Shown one piece after another: positions 13,255 to 26,763 of a stretch of 64,000 nucleotides of DNA. This DNA is from Octopus vulgaris. Taxonomy: Eukaryota. The stretch is taken from assembly GCA_951406725.2 (NCBI GenBank), contig OX597815.1, forward strand, positions 176,638,001 to 176,702,000, read 5' to 3'. Position 1 is the first letter of the stretch. Each line of letters opens with the position of its first letter. The notes beneath the pieces were generated by a model, which saw nothing but the letters and a program-made list of their open reading frames with translations, did no database searches and was not told the origin of the DNA. Position numbers and translations under genes: made by a program.

Positions 13255-13740
13255 ATGCTTTTACTGAATATCCCACGTGGAAAGGTAAACTCTTCTGGCC
13301 ATAACGGTTTCCTATGTGGAAACTAACGCAACAAAGTTTGGTCGTTCCACAGGTGCCTACTGCTTCAGCGCAGAAGTGCTTAACCGTCCGCTTTGCGTGC
13401 ATCTGCCTTTCGCTAGTTCACTATAAAACAGTCTCTTGGAAAGTCGCATTCCAAGAGTCAGGCGTTTGAACAAAGTCACCTGGCTACTTGATTTGCACTC
13501 TTCTCAGCAGTGTGTAAATGCTTGGAACACCAGCTAGAAGGTGGAACTTCATGTCTGGGATTTCGGTTTTCCAAGTGATTATCAACAGCTTTCTCAGTTT
13601 ACATGGAAGCGGTTTAACTTTTTGGCGTCGCGTTCGTAAATCGTCCAAGTCTCGCAGGCGTACAGAAATGTAGGTCGCAGAACTTCTTGGCACACTTTCA
13701 ACTTGGTAACTTCAGCAGTGCGGTGTCTGGCAATACCTGA
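13255..13740 (-). mobile_element. RTE-BovB-like LINE, ORF2 C-terminal fragment
   Basis: TKLKVCQEVLRPTFLYACETWTIYERDAKKLNRFH; LRKLLIITW; AGVPSIYTLLRRVQ; RLFYSELAKG; frameshifted. Confidence 0.85.
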
Positions 13741-14208
13741 GGCCTTTGTATGAAGAAAAGTGTAATTAACAGACGTATGATCGGAAAATCTCATTTCAAA
13801 ATACACATAAAGTAAGAATTGTCTCAAAGATTTGTATTAGCAGGAAAACCTGAGATAAATCAATTTTACAAGACACCATGTTTATTAATAATTTCGAAAT
13901 TACTCAGTACATATCAATATATAATGAGCAAGCTAATCAAGCTAATTGTGTCTTTGAATTTCAGGCACCTAAATCCACATAAAACGTCTAAGAAATATAT
14001 AGAACCTATTTTGAAACTATTCTGAATGGAAGAACTTTTAGTTTCAAAAAAGCATCATTATTTATTCCCCCTTCTCTCTTTCTTTCTTTCTATATTCTTT
14101 CTCCCTCTCACTCCATCTCTTTCTCGCACAAAACACATATACGCATACACACATGCGCACACATATATAGAGTTCATGCACATACAAACTGCGATATATA
14201 CATTTAAA

Positions 14209-14423
14209 AAGGCGAGGAACTGGCAGAGATGTTAGCACGCCGGGCGAAATGCATAGAGGTATTTCGTTTGTCTTTACATTCTGAGTTCAAATTCCGCCGA
14301 GGTCGACTCTGTTTTTCATCCTTTCGGGGTCAATAAATCAAGTACCAGTTGCGTATTGGGGTCGATCTAATCGACTGCCTCGCTCCGCCAAAATTTCGGG
14401 CCTTGAGCCAAGAGTAGAAAAGG
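14209..14423 (+). mobile_element. SINE family A monomer with 11-bp TSD
   Basis: Head, B box gagttcaaattcc, Nin-like core, tail gggccttgagccaagagtagaaaagg; TSD atacatttaaa at 14198-14208 and 14424-14434. Confidence 0.9.
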
Positions 14424-14954
14424 ATACATTTAAAGTTTATTACAACTGCTTCGGTAGCATTTTAATGACGCAGTCATAGATTATTCGTCTGTTTTTATCA
14501 TACTTTTACTCAATACTTAAAGTTCTATTCGTAGCTGGAATACTTCTTTCGGATACTGTTGGAAATTTAAACAGACATAAATAGGTGAGAAAACATCTTA
14601 ATGACAACGAATCCAACCGCCGTTTTTGGATAAGAAATATTGTAAAGAATAATATTCGAATTTATTGAGAAATTACAAGGAGCGGCTATAACGGGCATGC
14701 GAGAAGAAAAGCGATTTATTTATATACGAATTCTTTCAAAGTATTTGAAGAGTCAGAAACCGGTCCTGCATTATCCGATTCTAGGTTGTCCATTTATCAG
14801 ATGTTCTTCCTAGAGGTAAGACAAATTTTTTTCATGTTTGTTGCACACACGCGTCTTTGCTAGTATATACGCAGTGAAGCTATACAATAGCGTCGTATTT
14901 ATTACGATTGCTATTTTCCAGTAAATATTGGTGCTTTGTTGTACCATTTATCTA

Positions 14955-14957
<3 letters not shown>

Positions 14958-14998
<41 letters not shown>

Positions 14999-15051
14999 TG
15001 CATATATGCGCTTGCGTGTGTTTACATTTACACACACACACGCGCGTTTTT

Positions 15052-15130
<79 letters not shown>

Positions 15131-15146
15131 TGTGTGTGTGCGTGCG
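14958..15146. repeat. (TA)n + (TG)n microsatellites
   Basis: Directly visible. Confidence 0.95.
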
Positions 15147-15796
15147 AAAAGGCCATGACACGTTTATGACTTTCCGCTGCCCTGAGATTTGCTTTATTTT
15201 ATCTCACTTAACTGACAAGCTATTTACCTGGCCTTAATGTCTTTAACGTCACGTCTGTGTTTCTTTTACGACCGCATAACCAGTTTTGGCTCTAAACTAA
15301 TTAAGGTAGCTATTGTGACATAATAAAGCCTTTGATCTTTTTGTCGCTTGTATGCCCGTTATAGCCACTCTTTCTAATTTTGCTATAAATTCGAATGTTC
15401 TTTTTCAAAAATTCCACTTATACAAAAATATTGGTTGGATTTGTCATCATCAAGATATTTCACCTGCTTATATCTACTATTTAAATTTTTACCTGGAGAT
15501 GGCAGATTTACACTATGATATAATCTAATACATGAATAAAATTCTAACGAAACACCTTTCGTCAAGTTTAAACTCTATTTGTATTCGGTGTTATACCTAC
15601 ACCACATCTAGAACCAGCCCTGAGTCAGATCTGCGGATTAAATTGTATTTGGTATTTACATATCTACAGCATCCTACCAACAAATGATACCTGCATGGTT
15701 GTTTTACCTTATTGTGCACTTTATGTTATGCCTAACCATTTCTGGTGCTCTACGAGTTGGTGTGCCTCGATTCTAAGGAATTCTGCAACAAATCAA

Positions 15797-15891
<95 letters not shown>

Positions 15892-16020
15892 TTATCTATC
15901 TGTCTATCTATCTGTCAATCTATCTGTCAGTCTGTTTGTCTGTCTGTCTGTCTGTTTGTCCGTCTGTCTGTCTGTTTGTCTGTTTGTCTGAATGTCTGTC
16001 TATCTCTCTATCTATCTATA
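15797..16020. repeat. (TATC)n/(TGTC)n microsatellite
   Basis: Directly visible. Confidence 0.95.
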
Positions 16021-18215
16021 TATGACGCTTTTGGCAAATACATTTAACAACTAGCATCAGGTTCCCAATAACTCGTGTATAGAAAATGATGAAACAAAAC
16101 TTTGCAGAAATCCCATGTAAACAGAAATAAACGAATGAAATATGCAAGTGTTTGAATGTGCTCCGTCATTAATAGTTTCTATACAAGTTAACGATTATAT
16201 TTTATTAATAATTGGTCATTATAATCATTAGTGCAGAGGAATAGGGAAGCTTCTCTCCCTGTATGTCTCTTTGTGCCCCCTCTCTCTCTCTCTCCGCTTC
16301 TCTCTCTCACATACTCAGAGTCTTTCTTTCAATCTCTCTCTGTTTTGAAAACATATAAACGGACTAAGAGCCAACTGCATTAATTTATATCGATTATGCT
16401 CGATCAGTTTGCTAATAATTGCGGTATGTTCATAAGTCCCATGTCACTGATTACATCCAATCTTGCGTTCATAATCCATTTCAAAATCGATATTAAAGAC
16501 ATGTAGTTCTTAAAACAATTTCTGGTTCTCATTTCCCCCAATAGGACATTCAGTTGACAGCAATAATGGATACGAATGATCGATCGGTTGATATTAGAAT
16601 TATTTGTGTTCTGATCAGGTTTGCTTAGCGTGCCGTGTTTCTAGTTCCATGCAAACATTACAGTATGCAGGAATAGTCGAGCAACCTTTTGATCTGCATT
16701 GGTGAAGAACCAAGGGAATTGCTTCAGCTGACATCAAATACGAAAATAAAAATGCTCGCAAATACTTTTAAATTTGCCATTTACGTTTATCTAAGTTGTT
16801 TTAAATGAGATATTGAAGACACAAGGCACTTCATCAACGGGTTAACTAATTGTTTTTTGACTTCAAAAAGCAAACATTTTTCGCTCTCCTCACAATGAAA
16901 TCCAAATTTACAAGATATGAAAGTGCCAGCTTTTGATTTACTTAATAAAACAAATCAATGACCGTGATACAATTCGATCAATACAATACGGAATAATATT
17001 TCATGGAGTACAAAGGCTGAGAGTTTATAATAGTCATCTTAGTAATCCAGATGAAATTTATTACCGTAATGGACTTCTTTATTTTCCAACAGCTATCTAG
17101 CGATATGCAATTAATTAAGCAACTGATTTACATTATACCGCGCTGGAAAATTTATATCCTGAAAATAAAAAAAAAAAAAGAGAGAAAAGGCTCAATGTAG
17201 TTGATTTAACAAATAATCCAGCAGTCAAAAAAAAAAAAATAACATGTCATCATGAAGTGAAGAGAAATTTGAAACGAAATTTATTATCCAGAAAATTAAA
17301 AAGATTATTATACTACTAACATTTTAGGGTGATACAAAACAATATATAGTTAAGTCTAAGGTAGAGTCGATTGAATTAACTGTGGCATAAGAGTGATATT
17401 TTATCTTATAAAATCTATTCAAAATTAGGGTCAAAGTTAATCAAAGCATTATTTGAAGTCACTGATGTTTGTTAGGTTCCTCTTTCCTCGAAATACTATA
17501 ATCGTGCAACTATCAAAATGTCGGCTACATACATTGGTGTTAAAATCTATGCATTCGATATTTAATTGTTTGAATAAATTATTGCATATTTAAATACGGA
17601 GCCCCTCCGTGAAATATTAATGCCTGATGAATATTTGACTGATGATTGTCCAGTCATTTTTCATCTAGAGTCATTATCTTTTATTCTTATCTCATTCCAA
17701 AACCACGCAGGGACTCCTTGCTTCATTGTAATTCACTGTGTATCATATAGAATACATCACTAATTCTCTGGTGAAGGACGCATTGGATATGTACGTTTAT
17801 ATTTACACACACACACACACACGCGCGCGCGCATCTATTTAATCTTTGATTTGTCGGTGAAATTTCAAATATCTTCCACCGCCATTTTGGCTATCTACTC
17901 AAGTACAGTTATATATTCTTTATTTCTTCATCCTTTATACACTATTCTCGGTCACTTTCACTTCACCTTCTTTTTCTGGCACTAGCATGTTCTAACAAAC
18001 CTGGTATTTAGTTATATACGGAAAAGAACGAATTGTCATGCACACCGCAGTCTTCGACCGAATTCACACTTGAAAAAGAATTACATTTATCCCAACAAAC
18101 TTTCATACACCGCACCAAACTTCAAAGAATCTAAACACAATAATATTTCATGAAATGCAAATACATTTACAAAGGAATAATTTGATAGTGACATAAAACG
18201 ATACACACCCAGGAC

Positions 18216-18216
<1 letters not shown>

Positions 18217-18271
<55 letters not shown>

Positions 18272-18367
18272 GCACACACACACACACGCGCAACACACAC
18301 ACACGCAACACACACACACACACACACTCACACACACGCACACACAAAAACCCACCCACCCACACAT

Positions 18368-18438
<71 letters not shown>
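18217..18438. repeat. Imperfect (CA)n microsatellite
   Basis: Directly visible. Confidence 0.95.
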
Positions 18439-18440
<2 letters not shown>

Positions 18441-21400
18441 ATTACTCATGCAGTTCCATTTCCAGACAGCCATACTCGTTCTCTGTATTTATGTAGTGAC
18501 TTGTTAGCAATTTCACGGGAGCAAAAGAAAAAACAAAAAAAATGGAAAACTTCTGCCGGACAGACATCATTTCTGATTTAGGCATTTCGCTTTCTCTCCT
18601 CTGTATCCTTGCAATTTCCGATGTTAGCCAATGATTACTGTGATCAAGAATCGGCTTCTACCAAGTGATTAACCATGATCTGGTGTGGGAACGTTTCTTT
18701 TACTTTCAACGTAACATAGAAGCGTAGAAACATGTAAGCATGTATACAACTTCCATTCCTCAAATATCATCAGCCTTTCTCTCCAAGTCGTATTAGCAAA
18801 TAGCATATTGTTATTAATAACGTATTAAGTAGCGCTGTGGTATATTAATTATTTTATTAAAAACTAGGACAAAACACAGGAATGTTGTCGTCTCTGTCAG
18901 CTAGGAAGAAGTACTACAATTTATATAAAAATGGATCCTAGAAGTCCAGTCAGCAAATTTAAGAGTTATATTCTTCCATCATTTACTTCCTTGAACACAT
19001 AACAACAATACGTGTTTACATAAGGGTCGTTTACAATGTAAATTGTGAGCATTTAAAAAGAATAAATTATAAAGTTTCTCGTATACAAAACTCAGACCTG
19101 TTGAGAAAATATATGCTGTAATTAACCATGTATTTATAGCATACATAGCTAGGCACACTTTGCAGGTTAATTAAAATTTCTGTCACGTGTTGATTTGTAA
19201 TTATATGACATTCCACAACTAATGCGTTGAGGGAATATCAATGCCGCAAACTTACAGTGGAATGCACGCCGAAGAACTGGTATATATTTAGTGATCTATG
19301 AATAAATAGTTCTAACTTACACTAGAGTAAATAAATTTTCCTGAGAAATGTATATCTAAAATATGTGAAATGGAATATTTTGTTCGGAAATTGGCTCAAT
19401 TATTCTATTATCTTCCAAAAATAAACATATCCACAAAATGGCTGAGTGAAAATAGATTATTTTAGCGTTCTGTAAATAGAATGCATAAACGGTAAGGTTT
19501 CAGAATGACTGAAATTGTCTATGCAATTAATGACCAAATTACCATATAGAAGAGATTAAAATTTTAGAACAACAAGCAAGAGAGACTGATGCGGGTGGTT
19601 TTCTCTGAAAGTTACTGACTTTTTGAGTTTACTGGTTTCGTAGATTGTCAATTTATATTTTGTGCCGCGCTTCATTATTTTCCGTTATGAATAATTTTTT
19701 ACTTCAAATCAAATTTGATTTATAATTCGAATTCTCTATCCAGAAACAAATACACCAGAAGAGTATTTTAATTAGATTGGTCATCACAATGAATATATTT
19801 AAAATAAATATATGTTCGGTGATAAATCTCTTTATCTCTAGAACATCAAGTGGGCTTCATAATTCTAGGAATGACGCCAAAGAATCTCTTTACACTGTTA
19901 CATATAAAGAAATAGGCAGAATTACCTATTTATTTAGGGATTTATTTCGTTACATACTATATACTTATAACACAAATAATTGTTCTAGATCTGTGTATGG
20001 TCACTTAACGGGAAATGACATCGTTTGATTATTCTATCGTTTTTTGGACGTCATATTTTATGAAGAAACTATTTCAACTGTTATCAATAATAATTGTTCT
20101 GCGCTTTTGAAGGACAAAGAAATACTCTAAAATATCTTATATGCGTTTAGAATTTTAAAATATATAGTTCAGAAGAATTATTCAGCTGGCGAAAGCGGAT
20201 TTTCTGTTCTGGAACATTCAATCTGTGAACTGTATTCGCTTTACCGTTATTCGTGATTCCTCTTTGGATTTCTAACCTCTCTGATATTCGAGTGAGAGAT
20301 GGTCCTACACATACATGCACGTATAAATACTCGATGGATTCCTTTTAATATATATATTGTTCCTATGAGTTTGTAGCTCTGACTAGTTTGTATCGACTTC
20401 GTTATCATTTATGGCAGTGGGAAAATATTACGAAAAACCTCGATGCATTAATCATTTTATGTAGGATATTCAACAATGGATGATTAAAGCTAATGATTTG
20501 AAGGGATAGAATTTGACTTACTGACCACTAATCTTTGTGAAATGTAAGCGGTAAAATGCCGCAAAGTAAATTCGACCAGATGCAGAAATTTTTATAGCTT
20601 AACATTTCAGAGAATAAACAAACTTAATAAATCAATAATGATTTGGATTTATGGGATATTTCCTGACTGGCGGCTGCATCGAATAGTGTGCAACAAGAAA
20701 GTAGCTAAACACGGAAAGAAATTAATTATACAAAAACTAAGAATTTATTACTTTTTGCAATTGTTTAAATTTGCTTTTAGAATTACTAGTTAAGGCAATA
20801 TAGACGTAAAGAATATTTAGCAAATATATTCAATTAATCTAAATTAAATGTGTAAATGAATCTAAACAATATCTTGAAGGAAAATGATATTTAATCACTG
20901 AACGAATTGCATTAATCTTCATTCATTTTGTTTTTCATATTAAAACAGTTTGACATAGAAGGGAAATTGTGTTCTATTGACTTTGCGAGAAATCGATAGG
21001 AATTTTCCAAAGAAATTAGAGAAATATTTATAGTGTTTCATATTTTCCCGTTTCTTTACTTTATTTCATGCAGAAACATTAGAAGAGGTATCAACTGTAT
21101 TTCAAGTTTCAGATATCCAACCGCTTGAACACCTCCGTTCATCAGTTGTGGGAGAGGCACTATTATAGACAAAACGCTACCTCACTAAGATTTAAAAAGT
21201 TTAACAGTAATCCGCTGTCATTTAGTATTTATGATAACAACACATACTAATCCAAAACCCACTCCTTATACAAAAAAAAAAAATTGAGAAAATTACCGAG
21301 TCCCTTTTTGTTGCACTGCATTCGACTATTACAGTGTATTAGCGTCATGAACGGAGGGTTATTCCAACGCGACACAATACATTATACAGGAATATTAGTC

Positions 21401-21666
21401 CGTTAATGTTGATCGACCAATTGGAAGTTTATAGGGATCATCGTCCTTGCTCTAGCGTTGCATAATTTGAAACGGAAGTTATGCTAATCATTTACTTAAT
21501 AATGCATTAGCGGCGTAAATGAAAATAATTCCATTTAAAAGTCAAAACCGAATTCGAAAGTGAGAAGACAGAAAAGAAAAGCGAGAGTTAAGATAAAACA
21601 AATGATTAAAATACAATTATTAGCGTCAAGGACGCTACAAATACATAACCCCAAAACCGCTGATTA

Positions 21667-23663
21667 CATTGGTCAACAACCTTTGAAAAGGTGTGTGCTT
21701 CTTAAATGAGTTTAGTTAATTCTTGCGTATTTTCATCTCCTGAATCCAAATATCACCTTGGAAAATGCTTATTAGCTATTGGCTAAATATTACACATGTA
21801 ATAATTGATTAATTTATTATAACGTACAATATGTGTCATTATATTTCAAGCTCTTGTCCCTGTCTACTCTCTGCTTTTTTGCTTGACCCTTATACAGGGC
21901 TGAAGAATAAACTCTTGCTAATGTCCAGCAAGCATCGTTTTGCTCCATTTACCGTTTGTCCATGCTTGAAATATCTTGGTGAAACCCTTGACCATGTTCG
22001 TCACTAACTACCCCACATTTCGCTGGAAAAAATCTAAATGTGACTCCAAACATGGATTTCACGTGACATATTACATCCCATCTTGTAAACCTTGATGAGT
22101 TTTTTCCATAAATTCTTCATAGTTTCTCTCCCTTCCATTTCCAAGAAATCCCTTCACCACTAACTTCAATTCTTCCTAAGCAGCTTTCTTCTCCCTAGGA
22201 ATGACTTTAAAATGTTGTCAAATCTGAGCACCAATGAAGACTCTCTCTTTTACCTTAGCGTCGCTAAGTTAGGGGAAAGTTTGATGTTAAATACTTGAAT
22301 CCCTGACCGAATTTGTCCATAGTTTTTACAAAGTTTTTCCTGAGCCCTAGTTTTATGTGTAGTGGTGGTAGCAAATTTTGTTTGTTACAGTGAGAGGTGG
22401 ATGTTGAACGCCAGGTAGATGATGAATCTCAGGCTCCAACGATTTACGAAGTGACCAGTCTCTCTTGCACGGCTGTCCCATTCACACAGAACGCATCAGT
22501 ATTTGGTGTATCCGCTTTTCGAGCGCATCGCATGAGCAACGGTCTTTAAGTCACCACACAGCCGCCACTGAGTTTCAACATATTTTACGCATTTTAACAC
22601 ACGCTGTATATTCTCTTAAGTTCTCACTACTGATGGATGGCTCACTACTGTCATTATGCTGCAAGCCACCTTTCAGGTTGGGTCCTGATGAATCTATGAA
22701 CAGCATCCACTTTCTGGGTTCGTAATCAATACCAAGTGCTTCCATCATACCATTAATACTCTTGCAGGCCAATAAATTCCATTCCAATATGAAGAAATTG
22801 CTAAACCGCTGATGGCGGTCATGGAATTTTCAAATCTTCACGTCAGCTGCAAGGAAATTCCACTGTTGAAGACGAGAGCCTAGCAGCTCTGCCTTATTCG
22901 TAGGTAGTTGTAGTTCTCTGATAAGGTCATGGCATTCACCTTGTGTTATGAGATGTGGTCTAGTGAAGGCTGCTATAAAAAACTTCAGGCCACTCTGTAA
23001 TCCAGCACTGTCATCTGTCTCTGCTTCCTCCTCACCACTTTCTTCATCTGACACGAAAGATACCGAAGATAATGCATCAGGAATAGGTAGATCTTCTCCA
23101 TGTGGAACTGGAACTAGGTGATATGCCTTTCTAATCATAGCATTTATACAGCACTTCTGTGATGCAAAGGTCTCCTCACCAGAAATGTAGCAGAAGTTGT
23201 CTGCTTTATTCACACGAGTGCGAGACATCTGAAAGCAAAACAACAACAAACGATTAGAAGATAAAGATAAAATTCGCTCATAAATTCGTCATTGTAATAC
23301 AGAGTATAACAGCTTAGCAGAATTTATATCATTCAGTAGGAAAATGGAATGAATATAAAATGCCTCACATGCATATTAATGGCTCGCTCAATGAATATTT
23401 ATTATAAGTTTTAAAAGTGTTTGACTAAGAAAATCACTTACCTTTCACCTGAGTATATACAGTTGCACAGCACAACCACTTCCTACTGAAGTGCATTGGG
23501 GTTGTGAGTGTGGTAAGAAACACACTGCCACAAACCTTTTGTAACCTGTCGCGACACGTGCGTGTATCTTGAAAAGTGGAGCTAACAAACAGTTTTAACC
23601 ATGATATTCATTATCAGCGATTTAAAATTACTTGGAAATTGCTACTCTAGCCTCAGACCAGTG
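21667..23663 (-). mobile_element. Complete but decayed Chapaev3 (CMC superfamily) DNA transposon, ~2.0 kb
   Basis: Termini CATTGGTC...GACCAGTG; 3-bp TSD TTA at 21664-21666 and 23664-23666; internal transposase remnant. Confidence 0.85.
21870..23228 (-). pseudogene. Chapaev3-type transposase pseudogene
   Basis: MSR..NKADNFCYISG; PVPHGEDLPIP; DLIRELQLPTNKAELLGSRLQQWN; WMLFIDSS..LKGGLQHN; PPLHIKLGL; SHLDFFP..GVVSDEHGQGFHQDI; contains stops, frameshifts and deletions. Confidence 0.85.
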
Positions 23664-23719
23664 TTATCAGTTCTTACAATCATAACAGAATAAAACTGCT
23701 ACCAAACACTAACCTTCAA

Positions 23720-24040
23720 TTTTAGAGAGAGAAAATACTTGAAGTATGAAAAATTGCTAATTCTTTACAAAGGTCAAGTGAAGGCCACAATGGAATACGG
23801 CTCCGACATGTGGGTCAGAGCTGTTACTGCGTATACTTACATCCTAAACTGCATTCTAGTTTAACATGGATTTGCTCACCAACAAATCCCAGCCTCAGAT
23901 AAATTCAATCGACGTTCAACTTTATGCTTTTTTTTTGTAAGTGCGTTCATTTACGAATTCTGTTCACCATAGCAATCATATTTACACTTCTGCCCGATTA
24001 AATTTCTCACTGAAATCCCAAATTCACACAAGGACTGGCA
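23720..24040 (+). mobile_element. CR1/Jockey-group LINE ORF2 C-terminal fragment
   Basis: KLLILYKGQVKATMEYGSDMW resembles LxLYKAQIRPxMEYCSxxW. Confidence 0.65.
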
Positions 24041-24099
24041 GTGAATGCATTATTGTCTTTATCAGTAACCTTATCGTTGTTGTTGTCAACATTCTTTTC

Positions 24100-24128
24100 A
24101 AGAGCAAGAGCAAGTGAGAGAGAGAGAA

Positions 24129-24187
<59 letters not shown>

Positions 24188-24210
24188 AGCAGACAGAAAC
24201 AGAAAGAGGG
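24100..24210. repeat. (GA)n microsatellite
   Basis: Directly visible. Confidence 0.95.
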
Positions 24211-24457
24211 ATGGAATAAGAATTAGGCTTTAAGAAAAATGAGAACTATGGTGGACAGGATCAAGTAAATCCTTGAAAGCGGTGCTCCATCTTGACCAGA
24301 CTACAATTTCTGCCATACGTAAAAGATCAAATACAAGGTTAAGCGAAATAAGTATAATTACAGCAACGAGAGTAAGTCCTTTTGCAAATCAACGCTGTAA
24401 TATAATATGCCATGAGAGATAGAACAGAAATTTAAAATGGAGACGCAGGCGAATCTC

Positions 24458-25037
24458 TTCTTCTTTAGGCACAAGACCCGAAATTTTGGGGGAGGGGGGC
24501 ACTCAATTAGATTGATCCCAGTACGCAACTGGTACTTAATTTATCGATCCCGAAAGGATGAAAAGCAAAGTCGACACCGGCGGAATTTGAACTCAGAACG
24601 TAACGGCAAACGAAATACCTATTTCTTTACTACCCACAAGGGGCTAAACACAGAGAGGACAAACAAGGACATACAAACGGATTAAGTCGATTATATTGAC
24701 CCCAGTGCGTAACTGGTACTTATTTTATCGTTCCCCAAAAAGGATGAAAGGCAAAGTCGACCTCGGCGGAATTTGAATTCAGAACGTAGCGACAGACGAA
24801 ATACCTATTTCTTTATTACCCACAAGGGGCTAAACATAGAGGGGACAAACAAGGACAGACATAGGTATTAAGTCGATTACATCGACCCCAGTGCGTAACT
24901 GGTACTTAATTTATCGACCCCGAAAGGATGAAAGACAAAGTCGACCTCGGCGGTTTTTGAACTCAGAACGTAGCGGCAGACGAAATACCGCTAAGCGTTT
25001 CGCCTGGCGTGCTAACGTTTCTGCCAGCTCACCACCT
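24458..25037 (-). mobile_element. SINE family A trimer (one head + three ~185-bp body units)
   Basis: Three tandem B-box/Nin-like units; flanked by caggcgaatctc (24446-24457) and caggcgaatatc (25038-25049). Confidence 0.9.
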
Positions 25038-25093
25038 CAGGCGAATATCACGACAAACAACTACATAATACGTAATTAACATAGAGGTACAGG

Positions 25094-25503
25094 TCTGGCT
25101 ATGTGTTAAGATGTTTGCTTCCGAACCTCATGGTTCCAGGTTCAGTCCCACTGCGTGGTGCCATGGGCAAGTGTCTTCTAATATTGTCTCGGGCCGACAA
25201 GAGCCTTGTGAGTAGAATTGGGTTGGCGAAAACTGAAAGAAGCCCGTCGCGTATATATATATGTGTGTTTGTGCAGCGAGCTGGCAGAAACGTTAGCGCG
25301 CCGGGCGAAATGCTTAGCGGTATTTCGTCTGTCGTTACGTTCTGAGTTGAAATGCCGCCGAGGTCGACTTTGCCCTTCATCCTTTCGAGGTCGATAAATA
25401 AAGTACCAGTTTCGCACTGGGGTTGATGTAATCGACTTAATCTCGTTGTCTGTCCTTGTTTGTCCCCTCTATGTTTAGCCCCTTGTGGGCAGCAAAGAAA
25501 TAC

Positions 25504-25540
<37 letters not shown>

Positions 25541-25685
25541 TTCACCAACACCGCTTATAACTTAGCAATTCAGCATCCGGGTTTAACAGAATAAGAACTG
25601 GCGTTGATTACCTCAACTGAAATCCTTCAAGATGGTACCTCAGCGTGGACGCAGTTTAAGGACTGAAACAGGTAAAAGAATAAAT
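25094..25685 (+). mobile_element. SINE family B (tRNA head, CORE-like, internal microsatellite), split by a nested family A copy
   Basis: ggttcagtcccactgcgtgg..gggcaagtgtcttct..gaagcccgtc; the 3' half resumes after 25500 and ends gactgaaacaggtaaaagaa. Confidence 0.8.
25273..25500 (+). mobile_element. SINE family A nested in the internal microsatellite of family B
   Basis: gcagcgagctggcagaaacgttagc...ccccttgtgggcagcaaagaaa. Confidence 0.9.
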
Positions 25686-26297
25686 GAGTAAAAAGAGCTT
25701 GCTATGAAAAAAAAAAAGAGTGAGTGAGTGCGTGATGGTCGACGGGGAAGGAAGGGAAAATGGGTAAAGAATTTGAAAGCCAGAGCAATGCATAGGGGGA
25801 GGCAAAAGCGGTTAGAAAGCATATATGAGGGATACAGAAACCTATTACTTACTAATGGGTATGAAGGAGGCGGCAACCGAAACGAGGCATACAGACACAG
25901 GGAGAAAGTAAAAACTGTTGAAATTGTACAGACGTACATACACACACACTCACAGATACTCACACAATGCACATTCATATATCGCAGATTTCATAGCATG
26001 ACCAACATATTGCTGCTTTTGTCTTTTAAATTCTATTGAAATGGCGTGGAGAGGGGAAAAAACTGAATGCACAATATATAAATAATATAAATAATTGAAC
26101 AAGAATTATTTAGTATTTCCAAACGTCTTCAAGACTTTTTGTTAACTGTTCCATCATGGTAAATTTTGCTATCGCATCGAAATGCAGAGCAGTACTTTAT
26201 CTTACAGAATGGTGCTTCCTAAATGTGCGTTATGAAACCGAACCATCGTAGAACAGGAAAAGGTAGAAGCTGTTGAAGATAGATTTCATTGTTTCCG

Positions 26298-26341
<44 letters not shown>

Positions 26342-26677
26342 CATTATATGCACATGCTATTTTTTATTGTCTAGAATTTAATTGTACTTTTCATGGATTC
26401 GGTATAGTTAAATGGTTGCTAAAACTTTACTGGGGGTTGTAAAGTTGTACTTAACCTAGTAATCATATAACGTCATAAAAATATTTGAAGGGATGGCCTT
26501 CGAATAAATTATATACCAGAACATAAAACGCAACATAAAATAGAAAAGCGGCCATTTTAAATGGAGGTCTAATGGTTTAAAAGAATTTTCTTTTGTTGAA
26601 AGTCGATGAAGATTTTGTCAATAAGTAAACAGGTAACGACATAGAGAAATTCACACAGACACGCACAGCTCTATGTG

Positions 26678-26732
<55 letters not shown>

Positions 26733-26763
26733 TGATTTATTTATTTATATATGTAGATATATA

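Noticed and set aside
15370-15790. Possible Penelope GIY-YIG remnant on the minus strand
   Set aside because: Only vague Cys/IY motifs; insufficient support
24458-25037. Regularly spaced repeats suggestive of a CRISPR-like array
   Set aside because: Units are ~185-bp SINE bodies without unique spacers; eukaryotic context and no cas genes
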